Assembly (NCBI GenBank): GCA_965223705.1
Contig: OZ245015.1
Location: forward strand, 1,696,001 to 1,760,000
From: Myxococcota bacterium
GTDB taxonomy: Bacteria; Myxococcota_A; UBA9160; UBA6930
Direction: 5' to 3'
DNA: 64,000 bases
Numbering within the stretch: the first letter of the stretch is position 1; each line of letters opens with the position of its first letter. The notes under the pieces are model-generated. The model was not told where the DNA came from. It saw nothing but the letters and a program-made list of their open reading frames with translations, and did not search any database. The translations under genes and the position numbers were made by a program. This document shows positions 28,792 through 39,158 of this stretch, one piece after another.

Positions 28792-30522
28792 ATGTTTGGG
28801 TTTGGTGACCTGTTTTTCGTTGGCATCGTCGGTGTAGTGGCGTTGCTATTTTGCGGCCTGGTGCTTGCGCGCTTGTACCGCAGGGCTTCGAAGGAGCTCG
28901 CATTCGTTCGCACGGGCTTTGGAGGGCAAAAGGTGATTATGGATGGTGGAGCCCTCGTATTCCCCGTACTGCACGAAACCATCCCGGTCAACATGAACAC
29001 CCTGCGACTCGAGGTCCGCCGCGCAGAAGCCGGCGCATTGATTACGCGGGATCGGATGCGGGTCGACGTGGGCGCCGAGTTCTACGTTCGTGTCAAGCCG
29101 ACCGAGGAGGCTATCGCCGACGCCGCTCAAACACTCGGCCGGCGCACACTCGACACAGAAGCTCTCAAAGAACTCGTCGAAGGTAAGTTCGTCGATTCGC
29201 TCCGCGCCGTCGCAGCTGAGATGGCGATGGAAGAGCTCCACGAGCAGCGCGTTGAATTTGTTCAGAAAGTCCAGGCGGCGGTCTCTGAAGACCTGCTGAA
29301 AAACGGCCTTGAGCTCGAATCGGTTTCGTTGACTTCTCTCGATCAGACCGACCGGAACTTCTTCAATCCGAACAATGCTTTCGATGCGCAGGGCCTCACG
29401 AAACTCACGGAAGAAATCGAAGCGCGTCGCAAACAGCGCAACGATATCGAGCGGGATACCGAAGTCGCAGTCCAGATGAAAGACCTCTCGGCCGAGCGAC
29501 AATCGCTCGAGATCAAACGCGACGAGGAGTACGCGCGTCTCGAACAGCAGCGAGAGGTGGAGGTGCGCCGTGCGGAGCAGGCCGCCGACATCGCTCGCGA
29601 GCAAGCCGACAAGAACCGAGAGGCGGAAGAGGCGAAGATCCTTGCCGAGCAGAAGGTCGAGCAAGCGCGCATCGACAAAGAGAGGCTCGTTCGGGAGAAA
29701 GACATCGAGCGGCTCCGCTCGATCGAATCCGCGGAGATCGACAAGATCAAAGCCGTCGAGCTTGCGGACCAGGATCGCTCCATCGCAATCGCTCACAAGT
29801 CTCGGGAGGATTCCGAAGCCCGGGCACACGCCGATGAGGCCCGCGCTAAGGCGGTGGAGGCGTCCGAAGCGGTGGACACCGTTCGGGAAAACGCGATCGC
29901 CGAGCGTCAGAAACTGATCGAGCTCGTCGAAGCACGAAAGCGCGCGGAGCAGCAGGCGATTCAATTGACGGTGGCGGCTGAGGCGGAGAAGCAGGCTGCG
30001 ACGGATCAGGCGGAGTCGATTCGCACTTTGGCGGAAGGTAGGGCGAGCGAACGTCAGATCGAGGCGCAGGCCGACGCCGAAGCCGAGAAGCTGCGCGCAG
30101 AAGCGGCGCGAGTCCGCTACGCGGTCGACGCGGAGGGCCAGAAGAACCTGAATCAGGCAGAGAATCTGCTCTCAGACGAAGTGATCGCGATGCGCGTGCG
30201 CCTAGCACTCCTCGAGAAGCTCGACGAGATCATCCGCGAGAGTGTGAAGCCCATGGAGTCGATCGAAGGCATCAAGATCGTGAAAGTGGACGGACTGACG
30301 GGTGCAAGCGGGAACGGTGCGGGCGATCCGGGGAACGGTCACGGCGCGTCGGCCGGGGATCCAAATCTCGCCGATTCGGCCGTGAATGCCGCGCTGCGGT
30401 ACCGCGCACAGGCACCTCTCCTCGATTCCCTGATGAAAGAAGTAGGAATCGATGGAGGCGATCTCAACGGTCTAACCGCGGCACTGACCAATGGGGGAGG
30501 CGCGGCATCGGATAGTGATTGA
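28792..30522 (+). CDS. yqiK: Flotillin/SPFH protein (YqiK-like)
   Basis: N-terminal TM, AFVRTGFGG, LITRDRMRVD, NNAFDAQGL, EA-rich coiled coil, SVKPMESIEGIKI. Confidence 0.92.
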   Translation: MFGFGDLFFVGIVGVVALLFCGLVLARLYRRASKELAFVRTGFGGQKVIMDGGALVFPVLHETIPVNMNTLRLEVRRAEAGALITRDRMRVDVGAEFYVRVKPTEEAIADAAQTLGRRTLDTEALKELVEGKFVDSLRAVAAEMAMEELHEQRVEFVQKVQAAVSEDLLKNGLELESVSLTSLDQTDRNFFNPNNAFDAQGLTKLTEEIEARRKQRNDIERDTEVAVQMKDLSAERQSLEIKRDEEYARLEQQREVEVRRAEQAADIAREQADKNREAEEAKILAEQKVEQARIDKERLVREKDIERLRSIESAEIDKIKAVELADQDRSIAIAHKSREDSEARAHADEARAKAVEASEAVDTVRENAIAERQKLIELVEARKRAEQQAIQLTVAAEAEKQAATDQAESIRTLAEGRASERQIEAQADAEAEKLRAEAARVRYAVDAEGQKNLNQAENLLSDEVIAMRVRLALLEKLDEIIRESVKPMESIEGIKIVKVDGLTGASGNGAGDPGNGHGASAGDPNLADSAVNAALRYRAQAPLLDSLMKEVGIDGGDLNGLTAALTNGGGAASDSD

Positions 30523-30525
30523 GGC

Positions 30526-32592
30526 TCAGGTCAAGCACGAATCGAACGCGTGGAAGGGCAACGGCGCAGCGAAGAGGTAGCCCTGAGCGCGGAAGATTCC
30601 GTTCTCGAGAAGCCACTGGCACTCCGCTTCGGTTTCGACGCCTTCGGCGACGAGGTCGAAACCCAAACGTCCCGCCATGAGACGCAGCGCGTGGGCGATG
30701 GTCTGGTGAAACTCGTTCTGATCGATCCCCGAGATGAACGAGCCGTCGATCTTGACCGTGTCCGCTTCGAGCCGGCTCAACGCGGCGAGATTCGAGTAGC
30801 CGATTCCGAAATCGTCGATGGCGATGCGGAAACCCATCTCGCGCAGGGGCTTCAACCGCTCCGACGCGAGGTCGAGGTTCTGCACGGCCCACGTTTCGGT
30901 GAGCTCGAGCTCGGTACGCGAGGGGTCGAAAGGTGCCCGTTTCAGGATCCCCTCGACTCGGTCGATGAAGCCCGGGTCGAGTAACTGGCGATACGACACA
31001 TTGAGTGAAGTGCGGATCGCACGCCCCGACGCCGTCCACGCGCGCGAATGCCCGACCACTTCGGAGAGCACCCATTCGCCGATGTCGACGATCAGTCCAC
31101 TCGATTCGGCAACCTCGACAAACGTCCCCGCCGACAGAAGCCCCTGGCTCGGATGTTGCCAGCGAACGAGCGCTTCGCCGCCGATCCAGGCGCGCGTCCG
31201 AAGGTCGACTTGGGGCTGGTAGTGGATCAGAAACTCGTGTTGATCGATCGCGCGATGCAAGTCGCGACGAATTTGCGAGCGGCCCTTGGCCCGCTCGCCC
31301 GTAGCTTCGCTGAAGAACCGGACACCGCCACCGCCCGCTTCTTTGGCGCGGTACATAGCCCGATCTGCGCAACGAATGAGCCGATCCGCTGCGTCCGCGT
31401 CACCCGGAGAGATCGCTACGCCGATGCTCCCGCTCACGCGGAGGGCCTGACCACGGTAGACAATCGCGCGCTCGATCACGTCGACCAAGGTTCGCGCAAC
31501 GATCTCGGCGTCTTCTGGACGCGTCAAATCGGACACGACCACGGCGAACTCATCGCCGCCGAGCCGAAATACGCGATCGCCGGGACGAATGGTTTCCTGC
31601 GCCCGCGCGGCGAACTCGACGAGAACCGCATCACCGGCCGCATGCCCCATCTCGTCGTTGATCGACTTGAAGCCGTCGAGATCGATGTAGAGCAGCGCCA
31701 TGGGCTGTTGGGTGTACGCCGCGCGCTCGATTCTTCGGGCGAGATCGGTTTCAAACGCGAACCGGTTCGGAAGTTTCGTGAGCCCGTCCTGTCGAGCCAG
31801 CTTCTTGAGTTCGTGATTGTGGTCGCGAAGCGCGCTTTCGGTCTTCTTGTTGATCGATATATCGACGACCGACCCGACGTAGGAGGTGAAGCTGCGATTC
31901 GGGGCCGGCACCGGCCTCGCCGTGCACTCGAGCCACTGTTCGCCGGTATCGCTCTGCGCGAGACGAAACTCGATCCGAAACGGTTCGCAATTCGCCACGG
32001 CTTTGTCGTAGGCGAGCCGAACGCCCGGGCGATCCATGGGATCGATCACCTCGAGCCAACCCTCGCCGAGCGCGTCGTCGCGGGACTGACCCGTGACCTC
32101 GGTCCACATATCCCCGAGGAACGTCACGGCACCGTCTTCGTCCGCGACGAACGCCGCGGCCGGTGAGTGCTTCGCGATGTTGTGGTACATCAAGCCAGCT
32201 TTTGCCAGCTCCTCACGGGTTCGAACGAGATCGCCGATTTCCGTAAGGGTGCCGACGTGACCGCCCGGCACGGCTGACGCCTGCCCGAGCACCCAGACGA
32301 CCGTTCCGTCGGGGCGTTGCATGCGGTATTCAGAAACAAACGGTGTGTTCTGCGTCGCGGCGGTGTACCACTCACGCGCGACGCGTTCACGGTCTTCGGG
32401 GTGAAGGGCGTCGACCCATCCCGATGCTTCAGCCTGGCTCGACGTCAAGCCGGTGATCCCACACCAGCGTTTATTGACGGAGACACATCGACCCTCCGCA
32501 TCCGTAGCGAAAAGGCCGACCGGGGCCGCATCGATCAGATCTTCCGGGTCGAGGCGCGCGTCTTCGATCACCTCATGCTGTTCGACATGCAC
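30526..32592 (-). CDS. PAS-PAS-GGDEF-EAL diguanylate cyclase/phosphodiesterase
   Basis: Two PAS/PAC domains (HPEDR, DPMDR), RPGD I-site plus GGDEF, EAL, DDFG, EGVE, QGY. Confidence 0.93.
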   Translation of the reverse strand: MHVEQHEVIEDARLDPEDLIDAAPVGLFATDAEGRCVSVNKRWCGITGLTSSQAEASGWVDALHPEDRERVAREWYTAATQNTPFVSEYRMQRPDGTVVWVLGQASAVPGGHVGTLTEIGDLVRTREELAKAGLMYHNIAKHSPAAAFVADEDGAVTFLGDMWTEVTGQSRDDALGEGWLEVIDPMDRPGVRLAYDKAVANCEPFRIEFRLAQSDTGEQWLECTARPVPAPNRSFTSYVGSVVDISINKKTESALRDHNHELKKLARQDGLTKLPNRFAFETDLARRIERAAYTQQPMALLYIDLDGFKSINDEMGHAAGDAVLVEFAARAQETIRPGDRVFRLGGDEFAVVVSDLTRPEDAEIVARTLVDVIERAIVYRGQALRVSGSIGVAISPGDADAADRLIRCADRAMYRAKEAGGGGVRFFSEATGERAKGRSQIRRDLHRAIDQHEFLIHYQPQVDLRTRAWIGGEALVRWQHPSQGLLSAGTFVEVAESSGLIVDIGEWVLSEVVGHSRAWTASGRAIRTSLNVSYRQLLDPGFIDRVEGILKRAPFDPSRTELELTETWAVQNLDLASERLKPLREMGFRIAIDDFGIGYSNLAALSRLEADTVKIDGSFISGIDQNEFHQTIAHALRLMAGRLGFDLVAEGVETEAECQWLLENGIFRAQGYLFAAPLPFHAFDSCLT

Positions 32593-32645
32593 GACGCTTG
32601 TCTGGAGAGCCGAACCGAGACGGGACCTGTTCTACAAACTTTCAT

Positions 32646-33290
32646 CTACGGAAATAGAGAGCGATTCCAGTAGCTGCGAATCTGTATGAACTGCAGGACC
32701 AGGACAAGGTTGGTCATCAGAAGAGCGGCGAGTGCAATCTGTGTGCGCGCCCCGAAGATCGCGACCACGGCGGCTGCGGCGAGGATAAGTCCGACGAACA
32801 CGGTGAGGGGCACGTGCAAGGCCATCCGTCCGAGAGCGTTGGGATGCGACTGCAGGAGCTCCGAAAAATATTCACGGTTCTCGTCGAGCGTGGACGCCGC
32901 CTTGAAGATCGTGGCGTTCGTGAGGGTCGCGACGACGAAGAGGCCCGCGAGTGTGAGGAGCCAAGGGAGCAGCCAGTCGGCTCCCAATGCGGAGGCCAAG
33001 ATGAATTCGAAGACTCCGAGCGCAAACGGAACGACGACGTCGTGCACCCTCGGGACCCATAACAGGCGCACCACGAGGCCCACGTAGGCGAGCCAGAGAA
33101 CGACGATTCCCTGGAAAGCGATTCCCACTTGCGCCCAACCGATCGCGGCGTGCAGCGTACCCTCCCACAAGAACGCGTGCTCTCTCACCGAACTCCACAG
33201 CACTTCGAGCGCAAGCGCTTGCACAATGCTCAAGAGGGTGAGAACCAGCGTCGGCGAGAGTTCCATCGCGCGATCTTTCGTGGTGCTCAT
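32646..33290 (-). CDS. Hypothetical integral membrane protein
   Basis: About 6 hydrophobic helices; GAGGA SD. Confidence 0.7.
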   Translation of the reverse strand: MSTTKDRAMELSPTLVLTLLSIVQALALEVLWSSVREHAFLWEGTLHAAIGWAQVGIAFQGIVVLWLAYVGLVVRLLWVPRVHDVVVPFALGVFEFILASALGADWLLPWLLTLAGLFVVATLTNATIFKAASTLDENREYFSELLQSHPNALGRMALHVPLTVFVGLILAAAAVVAIFGARTQIALAALLMTNLVLVLQFIQIRSYWNRSLFP

Positions 33291-33302
33291 CCGGTTCCTC
33301 TC

Positions 33303-34622
33303 TTACACCGCCGCGCTTCTTGCGCGGGAATCGCGGAGCCCGCGTTCAACGGCGGCACTGACGCGAGCAACGTCGCAGGCACGAAGCGTCGAGATCGTGA
33401 TTCGGATCGCCGGCGGACTGGCGAGGCGAAACCGCGCCCCAGCTGTCGCCGCATATCCCTCGGCCAGGAGTGCTTGCAGCACGGGCGCTTCTTCGCGTGT
33501 CGGTATCCACACGTTGAGACCCGACGCGCCGTAGGCGGCGATTCCCCGCTGTTCGAGGGCTCTCATCAACCGTTCGCGGCGCTCCGCGTATTCGCCACTG
33601 GCGCGCTCGGCTCGGGACCGGACTTCCGGATCGTTCCAAAGTTCGACCACGAGTTGTTGTAATAAATGGCTCACCCAACGAAAGCCGACGCGTTGGCGAT
33701 CATCGATGCGCCCGATGGTCTCACGATCCCCCGCCATCCACGCGACACGCAGGTCCGGAGAGAGGGCCTTCGAGACCGAGCGGACGACGGCCCAGCGAGG
33801 GGTGCCGCGTCTCACGAGTGAAAGCGCCGGCGCCCCGGCGACGAGGTTCGAGTGGTCGTCTTCCAGCACCAGCACGTCGGGGTAGCGTTTCAGGATTCCG
33901 CGCAGGCGCCGCACGCGCGACGGCGTGAGCGCTGCACCGTAGGGATTTTGCGCGCGGGGTGTGATCACCATCGCTCGCGCTCCGGCCTCGAGCGCACTCT
34001 CGAGTGAAGAGGGGAGTGGACCCGCGTCGTCGATCTTCACCGGTACCGGGGTAAACCGGAGCGCTTCGACCAGATCGAAGAGGTTCGCGAACCCAGGGTC
34101 TTCGACCGCAATACGATCGCCCGGTCGGAGGTGCGCTTGCAAGGCGCGATCGATGCCGTCGAGAGCGCCGCTCACGACGGCGAGGTGTTGGTGGGGGATC
34201 CCGTCACCGGCGAAGTCGCGTTGGGCAAGCTCGAGCAGGGCCGGATGAACGTGCTCTTCCGCATACAGGTGGGGTGAGGGGTCGATGCGCCCGAGCGCGG
34301 CGGCGAGAGGCGGCAAGAGTTCCGGGTCCGGATTTCCCGTCGCGAGATCGCGGACGCCAGCGGGAACCACGGGGCCCGCCGGCGTTCGCAACGATGGGAG
34401 TGCGCGCACCCGGGTGCCGCGCCGGCCGTCGGAGACGAGCAGACCCCGACTGCGAAGGGCTCGGTACGCGGCGTTGACCGTGGTGGGGCTCACGTCGAGC
34501 GAATCGGCGAGCTCGCGCACCGTCGGAAGCCTTGCGCCGGCGGCCAGCCTTTCACGGCGAATCTCCGCTTCGATGGAGGACACGATTTGCTGAACATTGC
34601 GGCCGCGGATATTATGTGACAT
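33303..34622 (-). CDS. MocR/GntR-family PLP-binding regulator (PtsJ-like)
   Basis: RLPTVRELA..VSPTTVNAAY HTH; aminotransferase-like domain with PRAQNP, EDD, SVSK. Confidence 0.92.
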   Translation of the reverse strand: MSHNIRGRNVQQIVSSIEAEIRRERLAAGARLPTVRELADSLDVSPTTVNAAYRALRSRGLLVSDGRRGTRVRALPSLRTPAGPVVPAGVRDLATGNPDPELLPPLAAALGRIDPSPHLYAEEHVHPALLELAQRDFAGDGIPHQHLAVVSGALDGIDRALQAHLRPGDRIAVEDPGFANLFDLVEALRFTPVPVKIDDAGPLPSSLESALEAGARAMVITPRAQNPYGAALTPSRVRRLRGILKRYPDVLVLEDDHSNLVAGAPALSLVRRGTPRWAVVRSVSKALSPDLRVAWMAGDRETIGRIDDRQRVGFRWVSHLLQQLVVELWNDPEVRSRAERASGEYAERRERLMRALEQRGIAAYGASGLNVWIPTREEAPVLQALLAEGYAATAGARFRLASPPAIRITISTLRACDVARVSAAVERGLRDSRARSAAV

Positions 34623-34647
34623 GACAAATATAGATTGTTACAGAACA
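34615..34647. promoter_or_regulatory. Two TGT-N6-ACA boxes, putative MocR operator
   Basis: TGTGACATGACA (34615-34626) and TGTTACAGAACA (34636-34647), 21 bp apart, in an AT-rich divergent promoter region. Confidence 0.6.
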
Positions 34648-34670
34648 AAAAGTACACTAGGAAACACGCG

Positions 34671-35336
34671 ATGAGCGCGCAACCGACGAGCGAACGCAGC
34701 ACCGTTCGCCGCGCCCCGGAGCGCGGCGTCTACGAGCGCGACCGCATCCACGCGATCCTCGACGAAGGGCTCGTCGCGCACGTGGGCTTTCAGACGGACG
34801 CGCAGCCATTTGTCATTCCCATGGTCTACGGGCGCGTCGGCGACACGCTGTACCTGCACGGTGCCTCGGCGAGTCGGCTGGTGCGCGTCCTCGGAACGGG
34901 GGTGCCGGTATCCGTGTGCGTGACGCTCGTCGATGGTCTGGTGATGGCGCGCTCGGCGTTCCACCACTCGATGAACTATCGCTCCGTTGTAGTCCTCGGC
35001 GAAGCACGTCTCGTGGAAGACGCGGAAGAGCGGCTGAAAGCGCTTCGCGCCATCGTGGATCAGATTTCACCGGAACGCTGGGATGAGGTGCGCGGGCCCA
35101 GCGCGAAGGAGCTCGCGCGTACTTACGTGTTGGCACTGCCCCTCGCAGAAGCGAGCGCCAAGGAACGACGCGGTCCTCCGGTCGACGACGAGGAGGACTA
35201 CGAAATCGCCGTGTGGGCGGGGGAGATTCCCTCGCAACTTTCCTTTGGCGATCCCGTCGACGACGGACGTCTGCAACCGAACACCGCTTTGCCGCCACAC
35301 CTCGCATCGTACGAGCGGAAGTCCCGCGAACCTTGA
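34671..35336 (+). CDS. Pyridoxamine 5'-phosphate oxidase-like flavin-binding protein
   Basis: RRAPERG, YLHGASASR, ARSAFHHSMNYRSV, WAG. Confidence 0.88.
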   Translation: MSAQPTSERSTVRRAPERGVYERDRIHAILDEGLVAHVGFQTDAQPFVIPMVYGRVGDTLYLHGASASRLVRVLGTGVPVSVCVTLVDGLVMARSAFHHSMNYRSVVVLGEARLVEDAEERLKALRAIVDQISPERWDEVRGPSAKELARTYVLALPLAEASAKERRGPPVDDEEDYEIAVWAGEIPSQLSFGDPVDDGRLQPNTALPPHLASYERKSREP

Positions 35337-36997
35337 GCCCGGGCGAGCAGGCTCCGGACACGATTCTTCTCGGCGGACGGATCCTCACCATGGATCCGGC
35401 GCGGCCCCGTGTGGGTGCCGTCGCACTCTCTTGCGGCAAGATCAGCGCGTGTGGCGAGCCGAACGCGGTGCTGGCCCTGCGCGAGGCGCAGACGGAGGTG
35501 GTCGAGCTGGGCGGGCGGCTGGCGATGCCGGGCCTCGTCGACGGTCACGCCCACCCGACGAAGGGTGCCCTGGCGGAGCTCTTCTCCTGCAAGTTCCCGT
35601 TCTCCGCCGAGCCGTCGGAGATTGCCGAAGCGGTGACGGCTTTCATCGCCTCGTACCCGGGCGACTCGTGGGTGGTCGGCGGCCGTTTCGGGAGCGGTTT
35701 CTTCGAGCGAAACACGATCGCGTCACCCCGCGCTTGGCTCGATGGAATCTCGGAGGGTCGGCCCGTCTATCTCCGCGACGATTCCGGCCACAACGGCTGG
35801 GCGAATACGGAAGCCTTGGTCCGACTCGGGATCGATCGGCGCACGGTGGACCCCATCGGGGGTCGCGTCGCGCGCGACGGTTCCGGAGAGCCGACGGGGC
35901 TTCTCCTCGAACAGGCCGACGCGGATGCGCGTGCGAAGATCCCCGATTGGTCCGCCGATCAGTATCGCGCTGCCGTAATCGCGATGACGAAAATCGCGAA
36001 TCGTTTCGGGATCACGGGAGTGGTCGACGCCTACGCCACCGAGCCGCTATTGCGCGCCTATCACGCCGTCGACGCGAGTGACGACCTGACGCTGTACGTC
36101 ACAGCATCCCTGTCGACGCCTTTCGGCCATCGCGAGACGCCGCTCGACTACGAACGGCTGGAGGCCCTTCGCGATAGGTATGCGTCTTCTCGCGTCGATA
36201 CGCGATTCGCCAAGATCTATCAGGACGGCGTGCCCACGGGCGCGCGTACCGCGGCCATGCTCGAACCGTACCTCCCCGCCGAGGGCCAGCCGGACGGCTT
36301 TCGCGGTCAACTTCACGTGGGCGAAGAGGTGTTGTCACGCGATATCGCGGAGCTCGAACGCCGGGGTTTTACCGTCAAACTCCACACTGCAGGCGACCGC
36401 TCCGTTCGCGTCGCCCTAGACGCCATCGAGGCCGCCCACGGCGCGACGGGGCGACGCGACCTTCGCCACGAGCTCGCGCACGCGGGATTGATCGATCCCC
36501 TGGACCTACCGCGATTCGCCGCACTCAACGTCGTCGCGGATCTGTCTCCCTATTTGTGGCATCCCTCGCCGGTACTCGATTCCATTCGATCGGCGATCGG
36601 ACCGCGAGCCGATTGCTATTGGCCGATTCGGTCGCTTCTCGAGTCGGGGGCACCGCTGCTCGCGGGCTCCGACTGGCCCGCAGCCGTCGCGTCAATGGAT
36701 CCATGGGTCGGGATCGAGGCGATGGTCACGAGGCGAGATCCCACAGGCCAAAGCACCGGGGCCTTGGGTCCCGAGCAGGCGCTCACACTCGAAGAAACCC
36801 TCGCTATCTTTACCCGGGACGGCGCCCGCGCCATGCGACGCGAAGAGATGACGGGAAGCATCGAGGTCGGCAAGTCGGCGGATCTCATCGTGCTCGACCG
36901 CGACTTGTTCGCCGTTCCGCCCACGGAGATCTCAGCGTCACGTGTCGACTTGACGTTCTTCGAAGGCGAGATCGTCTATCGACGCCCCGGATCCTAG
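35333..36997 (+). CDS. Amidohydrolase (YtcJ-like)
   Basis: PGLVDGHAH, KIYQDG, HTAGDR, HELAH, GSDWP, GSIEVGKSAD. Confidence 0.9.
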   Translation: MSPGEQAPDTILLGGRILTMDPARPRVGAVALSCGKISACGEPNAVLALREAQTEVVELGGRLAMPGLVDGHAHPTKGALAELFSCKFPFSAEPSEIAEAVTAFIASYPGDSWVVGGRFGSGFFERNTIASPRAWLDGISEGRPVYLRDDSGHNGWANTEALVRLGIDRRTVDPIGGRVARDGSGEPTGLLLEQADADARAKIPDWSADQYRAAVIAMTKIANRFGITGVVDAYATEPLLRAYHAVDASDDLTLYVTASLSTPFGHRETPLDYERLEALRDRYASSRVDTRFAKIYQDGVPTGARTAAMLEPYLPAEGQPDGFRGQLHVGEEVLSRDIAELERRGFTVKLHTAGDRSVRVALDAIEAAHGATGRRDLRHELAHAGLIDPLDLPRFAALNVVADLSPYLWHPSPVLDSIRSAIGPRADCYWPIRSLLESGAPLLAGSDWPAAVASMDPWVGIEAMVTRRDPTGQSTGALGPEQALTLEETLAIFTRDGARAMRREEMTGSIEVGKSADLIVLDRDLFAVPPTEISASRVDLTFFEGEIVYRRPGS

Positions 36998-37800
36998 CGG
37001 CCCGTCCACTGCGGTTCGCGCTTCTCGGAAAACGCTTTAGGACCCTCGCGCGCGTCTTCGCTCGCGCGGCGTCGCTCCTCCCACGCGTACTCCGCCTCGA
37101 AGGCCTCTCGGAGGCTCACATCGAGGCCTTCCATCGCCGCCTGTTTCGTCGCACGCACGGCCAGAGGCGCACAGCGAAGGATGTCGTTCACCCATGAGGC
37201 GACGCACGCGTCGAGCTCTTCCATCGCGACGACTTCGTTGACGAGGCCGAGCTCGTACGCGCGTGCGGCACTCATATGGCGACCGGTCAGCAGGTAGCCC
37301 ATGGCCACCTTGAGCGGCAGCTGCCGCGGAAGTCGGTGAACACCCACCGCACCGGCGATCAGGCCGCGCCGCGGCTCCGGAAGGCCGAGCTCAGCCGTCT
37401 CGGCGGCAATGATGAGATCGCAGGCGAGGGCGAGTTCGAGCCCGCCGCCCAGCGCGAAGCCGTTGACTCGCGCGATCAGCGGTTTGGCAAAACGCCACCG
37501 CATCGGAAGCGGATGGGTCTCGTCGGCGAGCCGCTGCCACGAACTCCGTTGGGGTTCGTCGGCCTCGCGCGCAAGCGCCCGGTGTTTGAGATCGGCACCC
37601 GCACAAAACGCGCGGTCGCCAGCACCCGTGATAACGGCGAGCCAGATCTCCTCGTTGCGTTCGACCTCATCGAAACGCTGGGAGAGCTCCCAGCGAAGTT
37701 GGGGGTTGAGCGCATTCATCGCTTCGGGGCGATTGAGGGTGATCGTGGCGACGTGTCCCTCGAGCTTCCACGTCGTCGTCGTGCCCAGCGGTTCGCTCAT
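36994..37800 (-). CDS. Enoyl-CoA hydratase/isomerase family
   Basis: TLNRPEAMNA, AFCAGAD, GGGLE, LPE. Confidence 0.9.
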   Translation of the reverse strand: MSEPLGTTTTWKLEGHVATITLNRPEAMNALNPQLRWELSQRFDEVERNEEIWLAVITGAGDRAFCAGADLKHRALAREADEPQRSSWQRLADETHPLPMRWRFAKPLIARVNGFALGGGLELALACDLIIAAETAELGLPEPRRGLIAGAVGVHRLPRQLPLKVAMGYLLTGRHMSAARAYELGLVNEVVAMEELDACVASWVNDILRCAPLAVRATKQAAMEGLDVSLREAFEAEYAWEERRRASEDAREGPKAFSEKREPQWTGR

Positions 37801-39158
37801 GACGGCGCACTCGCAGAAGCGCGACGGTAACCGCTGAACCCCAGGTTCTCGCGCAGGATCGAGCTGCGGTAGTCCTCCTGATGGAGACCGCGCCGCTGCA
37901 GCTCGGGAACGGCGATGCGCACGAAATCTTCGTACGTCCCCGGAACGTGGCTGGCTCCGATGACGAAGCCGTCGCAGGCCGACTCGCGAAACCACTGTTC
38001 GAGCTCGTCCGCAACGCGTTTCGCCGAGCCTACGAAGGTCGGCGCCTCGCGGATGGTGCCGCGCCGGCTGAATTCGATGAAGTCGTTCACCGTCGGGTGG
38101 CTCTTCCCGGAGAGGGTCATCACGCGATCCCGCAGCGCGTGAAGTCCCGAGAGGCTCGCAATCTCCTCGTCGCTGAACGGTTCGTCCGGGGCCTTGCTGC
38201 CGAAGTCGAAGTTCATGACTTCCGAGAGAAGCGTGAGCGAGTCGATCGGCTTCGCCAGACGCTCGATTCGAGCCATCTTGTCTTCGGCTTCGCTCTGCGT
38301 CTCCGCCACGACCGGGTGGATCAAGGGAACGACTCGAAAGGATTGCGGATCGCGCCCTTGCGCTTCAGCTTCGGCACGCATCTCCGCGTAGGCGTTTTGT
38401 CCGTAGGCCAACGTCGGGAAGATCGCGAAGATCACCTCACCCCAACGGACGGCGAACTGCCGGCCGCGGCCGCTTTGCCCGGCCTGGATCACGACCGGAT
38501 GGACTTGCGGCGTTTGTGGAACCGTAAAGGGACCGCGGGACCGGAAGTACGTGCCTTCGTGGTCCAAGCGACGGACTTTCTCCGGATCCGCGAAACGACC
38601 CCGCTCGCGGTCGACGACCAGGGCGTCTTCGGCCCAGCTGTTCCAGTGGCCGATCACGACCTCCATGAACTCATCGCAGCGGTCGTACCGCGTGTCGTGC
38701 GCAATCGCTTCGCGTCGCCCCATGTTGCGGGCTTCCGAGTCGTTGAGCGACGTGACGACGTTCCAAGCCGCACGCCCGCCGCTCATATGGTCGAGGGTCG
38801 AGAATTGGCGGGCGATGTGAAAGGGCTCGTGATAACTCGTCGACATGGTCGCGCCGAGCCCGATGTGTTCCGTGACCGCTCCGAGAACCGCGAGGATGGG
38901 GATGGGATCCATCTTGACGACCCGCACGCCGTGCTCCACCGCCGCCGCGTGGTCGGCGCCGTAGATGTCGGGCATCGCCAGCCGATCGTCGAAGAACAGC
39001 ATGTGGAACTTTCCCCGTTCAAGGGTCTTCGCGATGTGCTGGTAGTAGTCTGCGCGCAGGAAGTCTCGACGCGCCTCGGGGTGTCGCCACGAGCCGGGGT
39101 AGTTCGAGCAGTTTTGGGCCTGCATGAAGCCCACCAGGGCCATCTGCCGATGCCCCAC
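37797..39158 (-). CDS. NtaA/DszA-type LLM monooxygenase
   Basis: GSWRHP, LERGKFHMLFFDD, LDHMSGGRAAWNVVTS, QAGQS; start GTG 39158 or ATG 39143. Confidence 0.9.
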   Translation of the reverse strand: MGHRQMALVGFMQAQNCSNYPGSWRHPEARRDFLRADYYQHIAKTLERGKFHMLFFDDRLAMPDIYGADHAAAVEHGVRVVKMDPIPILAVLGAVTEHIGLGATMSTSYHEPFHIARQFSTLDHMSGGRAAWNVVTSLNDSEARNMGRREAIAHDTRYDRCDEFMEVVIGHWNSWAEDALVVDRERGRFADPEKVRRLDHEGTYFRSRGPFTVPQTPQVHPVVIQAGQSGRGRQFAVRWGEVIFAIFPTLAYGQNAYAEMRAEAEAQGRDPQSFRVVPLIHPVVAETQSEAEDKMARIERLAKPIDSLTLLSEVMNFDFGSKAPDEPFSDEEIASLSGLHALRDRVMTLSGKSHPTVNDFIEFSRRGTIREAPTFVGSAKRVADELEQWFRESACDGFVIGASHVPGTYEDFVRIAVPELQRRGLHQEDYRSSILRENLGFSGYRRASASAPS

